Shown: positions 42,218 through 51,617 of the stretch, piece by piece
Numbering within the stretch: the first letter of the stretch is position 1
Layout of the letters: every line of letters starts with the position of its first letter
NCBI GenBank assembly: GCA_944387405.1
Contig: CALXET010000002.1
Coordinates: forward strand, 129,316-193,315
From: an uncultured Clostridia bacterium
Lineage (GTDB): Bacteria; Bacillota; Clostridia; TANB77; CAG-508
Direction: 5' to 3'
DNA: 64,000 nucleotides
The notes under the pieces: generated by a model
The model's input: only the letters and a program-made list of their open reading frames with translations
Told to the model about the DNA's origin: nothing
Database searches by the model: none
Position numbers and translations under genes: made by a program

Positions 42218-42429
42218 AAAATTCTCTCTTTCTTATTATTCTTTAGAAGTAACACTAAAAACCACTAGAAATAACATTGGTATAACTATACTATCTAATC
42301 TTTTAGTTATTACTATAAATGCTCCAATAAAACCTAAAATTGCAAATATAATATTTAAGAAATATCTTTATTTTAAATTATTCTTTTTTCATATTTATAA
42401 CTATTTATCTACTTATAGATTGTAATTAA

Positions 42430-42681
42430 TTATCCTATAAAAACATTATAAATAACTACAACATATAAAAACACCGCTGTAATAACAGTTAGTATAGAAC
42501 TACTATTTTCTCTACTTTTCTTATATTCAACACTTCTTAATACTAATAAAGTAGCAAGTGCTAAAAACATTATTGGATTTGCAATATCAAAAGATACAAC
42601 TTTTAATAATCCTAGTAATGCAAATAGCATTGTAATTATTGATAATATAATCTTTGCAATTTTCATTTTATACCTCCTCAA
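42430..42681 (-). CDS. small membrane protein (83 aa)
   Basis: Two to three TM helices. Confidence 0.4.
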   Translation of the reverse strand: MRRYKMKIAKIILSIITMLFALLGLLKVVSFDIANPIMFLALATLLVLRSVEYKKSRENSSSILTVITAVFLYVVVIYNVFIG

Positions 42682-42719
42682 TAAATTACTATAAATCTCT
42701 CAAATTACAAAATTGTAAT

Positions 42720-42896
42720 TTATGTAAAACTTTTTTTCAAACCTTTTTTAAATACTAAAATTGCTTTTGCTGTTCCTGTAATTGACATTGTAACTAACTC
42801 ATAGCCATTTTCTAACATTTCATTTGCTTTTTCTTCTACTTTTTGTGCCATATCATCTGCCTTTGGAGAATACTCTATAACAACAGTTTTATACAT
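42720..42896 (-). CDS. DUF4177-like small protein (58 aa)
   Basis: MYKTVVIEYSPKADDMAQKVEEKANEMLENGYELVTMSITGTAKAILVFKK; below the ORF-track cutoff. Confidence 0.45.
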   Translation of the reverse strand: MYKTVVIEYSPKADDMAQKVEEKANEMLENGYELVTMSITGTAKAILVFKKGLKKSFT

Positions 42897-42924
42897 TTTT
42901 TTACCTCCTTACTTTTATATATAA

Positions 42925-43125
42925 TCATTTATTTTTTTCATTTTTTGAAATATATAATACCAATAATATTATTCCTGTTAGATTAATTCCTATCGACAAA
43001 CCTAATAGCAGACCTGAACTAAATTCACTAAATGGTGTAACTTCATTACCACAAAAGAATGTATAAGCCAAGTACAATATATTTCCTAATATTATTAATA
43101 ATATTCCAGTTTTTCCTTTATTCAT
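42925..43125 (-). CDS. small membrane protein (66 aa)
   Basis: Two TM helices. Confidence 0.35.
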   Translation of the reverse strand: MNKGKTGILLIILGNILYLAYTFFCGNEVTPFSEFSSGLLLGLSIGINLTGIILLVLYISKNEKNK

Positions 43126-43185
43126 AAGTAATCCTCCCTATAAATTACTATTTAAATTCCACTAAAACCTAAATAGTTTCAAATT

Positions 43186-43695
43186 TTAATTGTTTAGTAT
43201 TTTTGTATCTACCCAATTCTTAACATTATTTATGTCTTCATCATTTGGATGAGATAAAGCCCTATCAAAATTTTCTATTGATAATTTTAATCTACTATCT
43301 CCTGGATTTTCTTCAAGCATTTTTTCATATCTTGTCTTAACCTGCATAGGCATTTTACCTTGACAATAAAAATATCCTAATATTTTATTAGATGAGTCAA
43401 TATTAATTTTCACTCTTTCAAACAACTTTTTAAAATATTCTTCACTACCTCCAAAGCCAGCAGTTCCAAAATAAGCAATTTTTTTACTTTTAATTTTTTT
43501 AAGAACATTTATAATTTCGTCAGTTGGATTACCTTTGTCAGTCCATGAGCCAATAATATAAATGTCTGCCTCAGGCAAATCTTCGGTAGGATTCCCAAAA
43601 TAAACTATATTTTCTTTTTGTAATGATTCTTTAATTGTCTCAGCAATAATCCTTGTGTTTCCAGTTATACTAGAATAAATGATTGCAATATTCAT
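43186..43695 (-). CDS. flavodoxin
   Basis: MNIAIIYSSITGNTRIIAE FMN-binding loop. Start at 43695; the ORF-track extends to 43728. Confidence 0.7.
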   Translation of the reverse strand: MNIAIIYSSITGNTRIIAETIKESLQKENIVYFGNPTEDLPEADIYIIGSWTDKGNPTDEIINVLKKIKSKKIAYFGTAGFGGSEEYFKKLFERVKINIDSSNKILGYFYCQGKMPMQVKTRYEKMLEENPGDSRLKLSIENFDRALSHPNDEDINNVKNWVDTKILNN

Positions 43696-43746
43696 ATATA
43701 AACTCCTTCTTTCACTATTCTTTGTCATATTAAATGGAAAATGTAT

Positions 43747-44127
43747 CTACAAATACCTTCCTGTAATACTCTTTTTATTTTCCTTTATATCTTGCACAGT
43801 ACCTGTCCCGACTACCTTGCCTCCAAGGTATCCGCCTTCTGGTCCCATATCAATAATATAATCAGAATTTTTAATTACATCTAAATCATGTTCAATTACT
43901 ACTATTGTAGCTCCATTATCTATTAATTTTTGAAATATATTTAATAGCGTCTTTACATCTTTAGGGTGCAAACCTATACTTGGTTCATCAAATATAAATA
44001 CACTACCATCTTGAATTTTTCCTATTTCTGAGGCAAGTTTCAATCTTTGTGCCTCTCCTCCTGAAAGTGCTGGAGTTGCCTCTCCAAGTGTTAAATATCC
44101 TATTCCTAAATCTAATAAAACTTGTAA
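43747..44127 (-). pseudogene. uvrA: 3'-terminal fragment (about 127 codons) of a UvrA-family ABC ATPase gene
   Basis: LLDLGIGYLTLGEATPALSGGEAQRLKLASEIGK...IFDEPSIGLHPKDVKTLLN...IVVIEHDLDVIKNSDYIIDMGPEGGYLGGKVVGTGT matches the C-terminal NBD of UvrA. A stop lies immediately upstream in frame and the neighbouring membrane-protein gene abuts it. Confidence 0.65.
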
Positions 44128-44131
44128 TTTG

Positions 44132-44527
44132 TTAGTCTTTTATCTTTTTATCAATAACAAAATATGCAATTACCATGCACAAAGAAATTATTAATCCAAC
44201 ATAAAATGCTGGAAATACATTATTTAAACTATGTTGCAAATTTATTGAATTTTCATAATTAGGTATATACCAAGTTAAAAATTTATAAATTTCTGATAAT
44301 ACAATTCCTAGAACACCCAGAATATTCAAAATCTTATTTATTTTTTTATTTTTTAACGGAACCCATACTCCTATAAAAAATATAATAAAAGATATTAACC
44401 CTATTGGATTTAATAAATTAATTATACCAGATATTTCTTGAACACCTTTAGCTCCTCCATATTGATTAAATAACATAGGTATTAAACTAACTATAAATAA
44501 TACTGATAATACTATTTTCTTTTTCAT
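44132..44527 (-). CDS. membrane protein (131 aa)
   Basis: Four TM helices. Confidence 0.45.
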   Translation of the reverse strand: MKKKIVLSVLFIVSLIPMLFNQYGGAKGVQEISGIINLLNPIGLISFIIFFIGVWVPLKNKKINKILNILGVLGIVLSEIYKFLTWYIPNYENSINLQHSLNNVFPAFYVGLIISLCMVIAYFVIDKKIKD

Positions 44528-44794
44528 AAATTTATATTCCCTTTACAAATTACTATTTGTCCTTTAGATATTATCATAAAAGAAAACGATTATCAATTAT
44601 TCTCTTTTACTTATTATAAACTATCTTTCTAATGATTCATCCCGAAACTTATTTGCCATTAAAAGTTTTTTTATAAATTCTTTCTCTAGTTCGAAAATCT
44701 ATTAATTCTGTATAGATTCTTTATATAATGAATATTATCTATAACAATTGAAAATAGAAGGTGTTATAAAATATTTTGCAAATTAATAAGAACT

Positions 44795-44858
44795 TTTTGA
44801 AAAACAACAAAAAAAGATGAAAAAGGTTATCTTTTTCATCTAAAGTGGTGACCCCTAC
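44795..44858. repeat. 64-bp direct repeat, copy A (tRNA-Glu 3'-end 13 nt plus its terminator hairpin plus flank)
   Basis: 63/64 identical to 46564-46627. Confidence 0.85.
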
Positions 44859-46563
44859 CCTGATTGAGAGGCTATTTTTATTGATTTATCAACATTTTAT
44901 TCAAAAAGTGTTCAATTTTGTGTTGCAATAAAATCAAAAAATACTGTTTTTTAAAAAAACTTCAATTACTCAGACTTTAATTTTATAAATCAATCATGTA
45001 CTTACATTTTATAATATTTTTAATCTCTTTTCTAAAATGAAATTTAGTCTGAATTTTATTAATTTAATTATCTAATCAATATAATGTTTTTTATGTCATT
45101 AATATATTTAATTAATTTGCTAACCAATTAGCTATATCGTATATTTGTATTCCTTCATATTGGTAATCTTCGTGTTTTGTTCTTGCTATTATTATCTTTG
45201 GATATGCATCTTTTATTTGTAATAATGGCTCGACTTCTCTTTTCAAAGTCTTTTCGTACTCTATATTATCTGAAACTTGAATATAAATTTTTTCGTTTCT
45301 TTTTAGTGCTATAAAATCCACTTCTTTATTATATAACATCCCTGTATATACTTCATAACCCCTTCTTAATAATTCGATTGCGACAATATTTTCATATATC
45401 CTACCATAATCTAAAGATTTTGTGCCTAAGCGAGCATATCTAAATGCATGATCACATAAATAATATTTTTCATCACTATTTAAATATTTTTTACCTTTTA
45501 TGTCATATCTACTAATTTTATAAAAGGCAAACGCCTCACATAAATATTCAATATAATTACCAACTGTTTTATGGTTTGTTTCCAAATTAATATTATTTAA
45601 TGAATTTGCAACATTTCTTAAAGATGTTCTATTAGATATATTATCCATTAGAAAATCATTTAATGAACTCATTAGTTTTTCATCTTTTATCTTGTTTCTT
45701 TCAAAAATATCTCTAACTATTAGAGTATTATATATATCATTTAAATAATCATATTTTTTATCTATTGAATTATATAAATATGAACCTGACATTCCACCTT
45801 CCATTACATACTTATCGAATGCTTTATCGATATCCTCATATTGAAAATATTCAAGATATTCTTTAAACGAAAATGGATAAACTTCAATTTCAAATGTTCT
45901 TCCAGTAAATAATGTAGCTAAATCACTACTTAATAAAAAAGCATTAGAGCCAGTTATATATATGTCATATTTTTCTTCTGAGTGTAGACTATTTATAGTC
46001 TTTTCAAAACCTTCACACATTTGCACTTCATCAATTAATACAAAATTGTTCATTCCTTTTTTATATCTTTGTGTTATATAATCATTCAATTTATGATATT
46101 CTTTTAAGTGCTCAAAATCTAATGAGTTATAATTTATATCAATTATATTGTAATTTTTTACATTATTTTTTATATATTCTTTAAAAAGTTCTAATAATTT
46201 AGATTTTCCACTTCTTCTAACTCCTGTGATGACTTTTATATCAGGAGTTCCCATTACTTCTATTAAAGTATTAAGATAATTTCTTTCTATTAATTTCATA
46301 TTTTCACCTCAAAAAAATTATACCATATTACTTCCCAAAAATCAAATATTTTTAAAAATGGGAAGTGGCAATTTTTATTATGTAACATTTCTAAATTAGT
46401 ATACATTTATAATAAATATTTTTTCTCAATATTTAATATAAACAAACTTAATCTTAACTATTTTTTAAAGTTCACTAATTTCAAGCAGTGTACAAAATAG
46501 TATATACATTTTGGCAAAAAACAAGTAAAGTCTTAAACTTCACTTATTTAGGCAAATACAGCG
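44859..46563 (-). mobile_element. putative tRNA-Glu-associated mini-island or remnant bounded by the 64-bp direct repeats
   Basis: att-like duplication of the tRNA 3' end; single cargo gene (AAA+ ATPase); no integrase in the bounded segment. Confidence 0.4.
45112..46299 (-). CDS. AAA+ ATPase of the AAA_14/DUF4143 (COG1373) family
   Basis: Walker A GVRRSGKSKLLE, Walker B FVLIDEVQ, C-terminal DUF4143-like region. Confidence 0.7.
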   Translation of the reverse strand: MKLIERNYLNTLIEVMGTPDIKVITGVRRSGKSKLLELFKEYIKNNVKNYNIIDINYNSLDFEHLKEYHKLNDYITQRYKKGMNNFVLIDEVQMCEGFEKTINSLHSEEKYDIYITGSNAFLLSSDLATLFTGRTFEIEVYPFSFKEYLEYFQYEDIDKAFDKYVMEGGMSGSYLYNSIDKKYDYLNDIYNTLIVRDIFERNKIKDEKLMSSLNDFLMDNISNRTSLRNVANSLNNINLETNHKTVGNYIEYLCEAFAFYKISRYDIKGKKYLNSDEKYYLCDHAFRYARLGTKSLDYGRIYENIVAIELLRRGYEVYTGMLYNKEVDFIALKRNEKIYIQVSDNIEYEKTLKREVEPLLQIKDAYPKIIIARTKHEDYQYEGIQIYDIANWLAN

Positions 46564-46627
46564 TTTTGAAAAACAATAAAAAAAGATGAAAAAGGTTATC
46601 TTTTTCATCTAAAGTGGTGACCCCTAC
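46564..46627. repeat. 64-bp direct repeat, copy B (overlaps the tRNA-Glu 3' end)
   Basis: See copy A. Confidence 0.85.
46574..46609 (-). terminator. intrinsic terminator after tRNA-Glu
   Basis: Stem gatgaaaaag/ctttttcatc with loop gttatc (minus-sense GAUGAAAAAG-AUAACC-UUUUUCAUC) followed by UUUUUUUAUUG. Confidence 0.65.
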
Positions 46628-46689
46628 GGGAATCGAACCCATGATTCCACCTTGAGAGGGTGGCGTCTTAACCGCTTGACCAAGGGGCC
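46615..46689 (-). tRNA. tRNA-Glu (anticodon CUC)
   Basis: Minus-sense GGCCCCUUGGUCAAGCGGUUAAGACGCCACCCUCUCAAGGUGGAAUCAUGGGUUCGAUUCCCGUAGGGGUCACCA: 7-bp acceptor stem, D loop, anticodon loop CUCUCAA, T-loop GGUUCGAUUCC, encoded CCA; near-identical to Bacillus tRNA-Glu. Confidence 0.85.
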
Positions 46690-46744
46690 ATAAATGGTAC
46701 TATCTATTTATACCATAAAACATCGTTTTCAGTCAAGCAATTTA

Positions 46745-47164
46745 TTAAATATTATCTATATTATCAACTTTTTGTATACACAAGTCTAAAATTTCTTTTA
46801 ATCTTTCATCCCTTTTAGTTAAATATAAATACCCTATTAAAGCTTCAAAAGCCGTTGCATACATATAATCTGCAGGATCCGCATTTTTAGGTAAATGATG
46901 ATTCTCAGCATTTCTACCTCTTCTTACAATATCTTTTTCTTCTTCTGTCAATACATCTTCTATACTTTTTAAAATATCTGCTTGTGATTTTGCTTTAACA
47001 AACTTAATTGCTTCTATATGCAATCTATGAGGTTTTAATTTTGTCTTATTTATTAAATATGTTCTAACATATAATTCATAAACACTATCACCAACATATG
47101 CCCATGTTAGTGGTGATAACATTTTTATATCCATCTCTTCTTTTTCTCTATCTATTAATTCCAA
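46745..47164 (-). CDS. mrnC: mini-ribonuclease III (Mini-III, MrnC)
   Basis: LSPLTWAYVGDSVYELYVR (RNase III signature) in a ~140-aa protein. Confidence 0.8.
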   Translation of the reverse strand: MELIDREKEEMDIKMLSPLTWAYVGDSVYELYVRTYLINKTKLKPHRLHIEAIKFVKAKSQADILKSIEDVLTEEEKDIVRRGRNAENHHLPKNADPADYMYATAFEALIGYLYLTKRDERLKEILDLCIQKVDNIDNI

Positions 47165-47217
47165 ATTATTCTCTCCTTTAAATATATAAGTAGACTAAAT
47201 CTTAGTCTACTCATATA

Positions 47218-48105
47218 TTATACCACTTCTAATGTGATTTTTCCAGTTCTTCCGCTTCTAAAATCATCCAAGATAATTCCAGAAACCCTTTCTAAATCAA
47301 TCTCTCCTCCAGATATTAAAGCTCCTCTTTTTCTTCCAATCTCATACATAAATTCTAATGCATAATTATCTTCTTTTATAAGTTCACTAAACTTTTCTTC
47401 AGATAACTTATATCTATCCATAAATAACTTTTTATGATTATTTACTAATATTTTAGTTAAATTATATGCCACATCTATTCTATCTAAGATATCATCTTTA
47501 ATACTACCTGTATAAGCAAGCATAAGACCAGTATTCTCATCAAACTTTGGCCATAAAACACCTGGTGTATCTAATAATTCAATCTGATTTCCTATTCTAA
47601 TCCATTGTTTTTGTCTTGTAACACCTGGTCTATTTCCTACTTCCATTGTAGTCTTTTTAGATATTCTATTAATAAATGAAGATTTACCAACATTCGGAAT
47701 TCCAAGAATCATAACTCTTATAGTTTTTCTAACTATTCCTTTAGCTTGCATTTTTTCTATATCTTCACTCATTAATTTTTCTATTTCTTTTTCTATTTTA
47801 TTAACACCTTTTCCAGAATTCGAATCAACTGCTAAAGCTGGAATATTTTTTGAATTATAATACTCAATCCATCTTTTATTTTCTATTTCATTAGACAAGT
47901 CTGATTTGTTTAAAATTACTATTCGTTTTTTATTCCTAATAATATTATCAAAATCAGGATTCCTACTAGATATAGGAATTCTAGCATCTAAAAGTTCTAT
48001 TACTACATCTATTAATTTTAAATCTTCTTGTATTTCTCTTTTTGTTTTTGCCATATGTCCTGGATACCAGTTAATATTTACTTTATTTTCACCCATTATT
48101 TTCAT
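47218..48105 (-). CDS. rbgA: ribosome biogenesis GTPase A (RbgA/YlqF)
   Basis: INWYPGHMAKTKRE, circularly permuted GTPase motifs NKSDL ... GIPNVGKSS ... DTPG. Confidence 0.85.
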   Translation of the reverse strand: MKIMGENKVNINWYPGHMAKTKREIQEDLKLIDVVIELLDARIPISSRNPDFDNIIRNKKRIVILNKSDLSNEIENKRWIEYYNSKNIPALAVDSNSGKGVNKIEKEIEKLMSEDIEKMQAKGIVRKTIRVMILGIPNVGKSSFINRISKKTTMEVGNRPGVTRQKQWIRIGNQIELLDTPGVLWPKFDENTGLMLAYTGSIKDDILDRIDVAYNLTKILVNNHKKLFMDRYKLSEEKFSELIKEDNYALEFMYEIGRKRGALISGGEIDLERVSGIILDDFRSGRTGKITLEVV

Positions 48106-48118
48106 CCTTTCTCTAACT

Positions 48119-48985
48119 TTATAATTGAACTTGTTTTAAATTCTTTTTATTTTTTAATTCTATTCCAAGATTAATACCTTCTTCAATCTCTTCATCTGTC
48201 ATAGGACACTTTATTTTTTTACCTAAAATAATATTTCTTTCACCCTTTTCCATATTTCCTGAAAGTTCTTTTTTTAGTCTATTTAGATAATCTTTAAAAT
48301 CCATTTGAACCATGTTTCTTGCTGCAATTAACTTCATTCTATCAAACATATTTTCATAATCTAATAAATAATTTTCAAACCCTTTTTCTAACATAAAGTC
48401 TCCACCATCTAATCTACACTCAGATATTCCTGACTTTTCTTTTTCATCATATAGACTTACTAAAATAGCTACCATAGAAGAATTAATTATACTTCTTTCA
48501 TCTTCTGAAAATCTTCTAAAATGGTATGTTGGTTCTGGTATCCACATTCCCCATGAAGTGGTTTCCACTCCAATACATCTTGCTTGATAATAATATGGTG
48601 TCACATATGCCTCTCTAGATCTATTATCTTTATCCTGAAAATAATACATGGGTTTTATGACATTACCACTCCTAGCACTCAATTGTTTTAAGTTTGTAAA
48701 TTCTCTTTTCCCAATATTTTTTTCTGCTGCAGGCTGTGTAACTAAAAAGGTATATTGTCTATTTTCATCAACAGTAAGTACATATACAAGTTGAGTTCTA
48801 CCATAATTGATAAACTCCATTCTTCTATTCTTTCCTTCAAGCTCTGGTGCAACTTTACTACGAACTAACTTATTTAAAAATCTATGTATATTCTGCATCT
48901 CTTCTATTGCAATTTGCTCTGGTAATGTTTCTAAATACCATACTCCATAATTCGGTATTCCTAAAGAATCATTTTTATTTATCAT
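48119..48985 (-). CDS. hypothetical protein (288 aa)
   Basis: ORF only. Confidence 0.4.
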   Translation of the reverse strand: MINKNDSLGIPNYGVWYLETLPEQIAIEEMQNIHRFLNKLVRSKVAPELEGKNRRMEFINYGRTQLVYVLTVDENRQYTFLVTQPAAEKNIGKREFTNLKQLSARSGNVIKPMYYFQDKDNRSREAYVTPYYYQARCIGVETTSWGMWIPEPTYHFRRFSEDERSIINSSMVAILVSLYDEKEKSGISECRLDGGDFMLEKGFENYLLDYENMFDRMKLIAARNMVQMDFKDYLNRLKKELSGNMEKGERNIILGKKIKCPMTDEEIEEGINLGIELKNKKNLKQVQL

Positions 48986-49616
48986 TTAATCCTCCATCAG
49001 ATTTATATCTTTCATTTGATTTTTTCTCTTCTTCAACTATTTCTCTTAAATTTAAAAATATATTATTCCAATATATGGGTTTATTATTATTTAAACCTTT
49101 TGTATAAATAAGACATGTACCATCATAATTAATATCTTCTGGATTATTATAATATTCTTTTAAATCCATTACCTTCTCATATAGTGGCTGAGCAATTTTA
49201 TCATCTCTTTCTGAAGTATACAACCTAAAATATTTAATTGGATATTTTTTTGCAAGTTTTTTTGCCATTTCAATTGTATCTATTAAAATTCTTTTACCAT
49301 AACCTTTTAATCTATATTCTTCAAGTACTCCAAACCATCCAAGCCATAAACTATTTGTTATATTTATATCTTCATTTGAATATAGTCCAGTTACTCCAAT
49401 TACAATATCACTATCATAGACTAAAAAATATTTTTCATACTCTAAATCTCTTTCAATAGTAAACTTAAAATGTTCATATGCAGATTCATTTGGGAATATT
49501 TTCATTTGTATTTTAGTTGCAAATTCAATGTTATCATTTGTTATTTCTACATATTTTAGCATATACTTCTTCACCCCATATATATTATATAATACTTTTA
49601 CTTTTAATCTATACAA
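48975..49616 (-). CDS. GNAT-family acetyltransferase
   Basis: GVTGL...WFGVLEEYRLKGYGKRIL acetyl-CoA-binding motif. The true start may be the internal MLKYVEI. Confidence 0.55.
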   Translation of the reverse strand: MYRLKVKVLYNIYGVKKYMLKYVEITNDNIEFATKIQMKIFPNESAYEHFKFTIERDLEYEKYFLVYDSDIVIGVTGLYSNEDINITNSLWLGWFGVLEEYRLKGYGKRILIDTIEMAKKLAKKYPIKYFRLYTSERDDKIAQPLYEKVMDLKEYYNNPEDINYDGTCLIYTKGLNNNKPIYWNNIFLNLREIVEEEKKSNERYKSDGGLNDK

Positions 49617-49630
49617 TTAATATTTTTCTT

Positions 49631-50212
49631 CTATTTTTCACAATTATCGTCTATACTACTTTTTAAATATTCTTCTATTTCTTTTTTATCTAAATTATCG
49701 TACAAGTCTATTAATCCATCCTCTATTACTTTAATATATTTATCACTCGGATTTGCTAGATTTTTTAACTTGTATTTTGCTGTAAAAGTAAGTACTGGAA
49801 TCTTATCTATATAATCTATCAATAAAATAGCATCATATAACCTATTACTTTGCTCTTGTTGTAATATTTCTTTAAACTGGCTTAATTTTAATTTATATAT
49901 TTTGCCATAACTTTTACCTGCATGTTCATAATCTAAAAAAGCCATACCTCCACCCCATCTTTTGCTTTTGCCTGCAAAATAGATTGGGCGATTAAATATA
50001 TATTTTCTTTCTTCTATTGGAAGAGATTTATCTGTGCATCCTTTGTTTGTACTATATTTTTCATTTTCATCTCCATTTATATAATACATAAATCTTTTAA
50101 AATTAATATTTGAGCCATAACAAGCATACCACACATAACAATTACTATCTAATTTATCTAAATATTCTTTATCTATTAATTTCATTTTTTTCTCTTTTCT
50201 TTTTTTCTTCAC
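49631..50212 (-). CDS. gamma-glutamyl cyclotransferase-like (AIG2/GGCT fold) protein
   Basis: YVWYACYGSNIN motif resembling YFAYGSNL of GGCT-like proteins. Confidence 0.4.
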   Translation of the reverse strand: MKKKRKEKKMKLIDKEYLDKLDSNCYVWYACYGSNINFKRFMYYINGDENEKYSTNKGCTDKSLPIEERKYIFNRPIYFAGKSKRWGGGMAFLDYEHAGKSYGKIYKLKLSQFKEILQQEQSNRLYDAILLIDYIDKIPVLTFTAKYKLKNLANPSDKYIKVIEDGLIDLYDNLDKKEIEEYLKSSIDDNCEK

Positions 50213-50248
50213 GATTTCTATTTTAATATCTTTTTTAATCTTATTATT

Positions 50249-50725
50249 TTATAACTTTTTTGTCATCTCTATAAGCCTTGTATGATATCCATTTTTTTCA
50301 TAAAAACTAAATGCTTTTTCATTATATCCAAAAACATCTAAAAGAATATCCTTACATCCAACTGATTTTAAATAATTTTCCATTGTTTTTAGAAGAATGC
50401 TTCCTATTCCATTATTACGAGTATTCTTTGATACTACTAAATCAGTTATCTTTCCTCTCTTTGGTGCCTCAAAATCAAAAGTATTTTCTTCTTCGTTATT
50501 TATTATTCCTATAATAAGTCCTACTATTTTACCTTTATGTTCATATAATAAAATCTTACCTTTATTTTTAGAAACATTATCTAAGACCATCTCAAAATTC
50601 TTTTCTCTATATTCTTTTGTTACTCTATTGTATCCTTCAATGTCTATACTCTGAATATATTCTTGAAGTTCTACTAACAAATTCTTTATCTCTTGATCAT
50701 ATTTTTTATCATATTCTATAATCAT
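50249..50725 (-). CDS. GNAT-family acetyltransferase
   Basis: VVSKNTRNNGIGSILLKTME acetyl-CoA-binding motif. Confidence 0.6.
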   Translation of the reverse strand: MIIEYDKKYDQEIKNLLVELQEYIQSIDIEGYNRVTKEYREKNFEMVLDNVSKNKGKILLYEHKGKIVGLIIGIINNEEENTFDFEAPKRGKITDLVVSKNTRNNGIGSILLKTMENYLKSVGCKDILLDVFGYNEKAFSFYEKNGYHTRLIEMTKKL

Positions 50726-50748
50726 CTAATTATCCCTTATTCTTCACT

Positions 50749-51573
50749 TTATTTCATCCATGAAATTATATCATTATACATTTCTTGACTTATATATTTA
50801 CAATTCATATTATATCTATTATTTCCATGATAGTCTGAACCACATGAAATAAGTAAATTATTATTCTTGGCAAACTTGTATAAAAAATCAACTTCTGCTT
50901 TGCTATTTGGATTATTACATATCTCTATTCCATCTACATAACATTTTGCTTCAGATAAAACATCTTCTACTTTTTTATTATATCTATAAGGATGGGCTAA
51001 AAACACTTTTCCATTATTTTTATGTATAACATCTAAAAGTTCTTCTATATCTGGCCATACTATATGCATATCAATATATAGAGGAAATTTCTCATCAATT
51101 GTACTTCTTCTATAAAAATCATTAGCATTAGAAATATTATGATAATCTAAAAAGTATTTATTTAACATTCTATATATAGCTGGATGAGCATATTCTTCTC
51201 TTGGATTATATGATTCTATATTGTTTATTCTAATATTTTTCTTATAACATAATTTTACTAATTCATTAAAAATCTTATTTTGTCTTTCTTCTATAGTTTT
51301 ATATTTTTCTGTACAATATTTAGACACGTTTTCTATATCAAAATCATAACATAAAAAATCATACGTATGATTATTTATAATTGCATCCGCTTCTAATCCA
51401 TTAACAATCTTTATATCACTATAAGGTTTTATTTTCTCATATTCTTTACATGTATTATGATCAGTTACAGAAATAATATCAAAATTTTCTTTTTTACATT
51501 TTTCTATTAAATCATTAATATCAAATGCACCATCTAACGAATAATTTGAATGCATATGTAAATTTATTTTCAA
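50749..51573 (-). CDS. PHP-domain phosphoesterase
   Basis: INLHMHSNYSLDG ... SVTDHN ... LAHPYRY PHP motifs. Confidence 0.6.
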   Translation of the reverse strand: MKINLHMHSNYSLDGAFDINDLIEKCKKENFDIISVTDHNTCKEYEKIKPYSDIKIVNGLEADAIINNHTYDFLCYDFDIENVSKYCTEKYKTIEERQNKIFNELVKLCYKKNIRINNIESYNPREEYAHPAIYRMLNKYFLDYHNISNANDFYRRSTIDEKFPLYIDMHIVWPDIEELLDVIHKNNGKVFLAHPYRYNKKVEDVLSEAKCYVDGIEICNNPNSKAEVDFLYKFAKNNNLLISCGSDYHGNNRYNMNCKYISQEMYNDIISWMK

Positions 51574-51617
51574 ATTTGATACCTCCTAAACACATAATAC
51601 TTAAATCTAAATTATTT

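Noticed and set aside
42241-42392. Possible frameshifted tiny membrane-protein gene (MKKE* then ...RYFLNIIFAILGFIGAFIVITKRL...)
   Set aside because: Too short and low-complexity to distinguish from chance. No homology support.
44795-46628. Direct repeats considered as IS element terminal repeats
   Set aside because: Repeats are direct, not inverted. They contain the tRNA 3' end and no transposase is present. The att-site duplication interpretation fits better.
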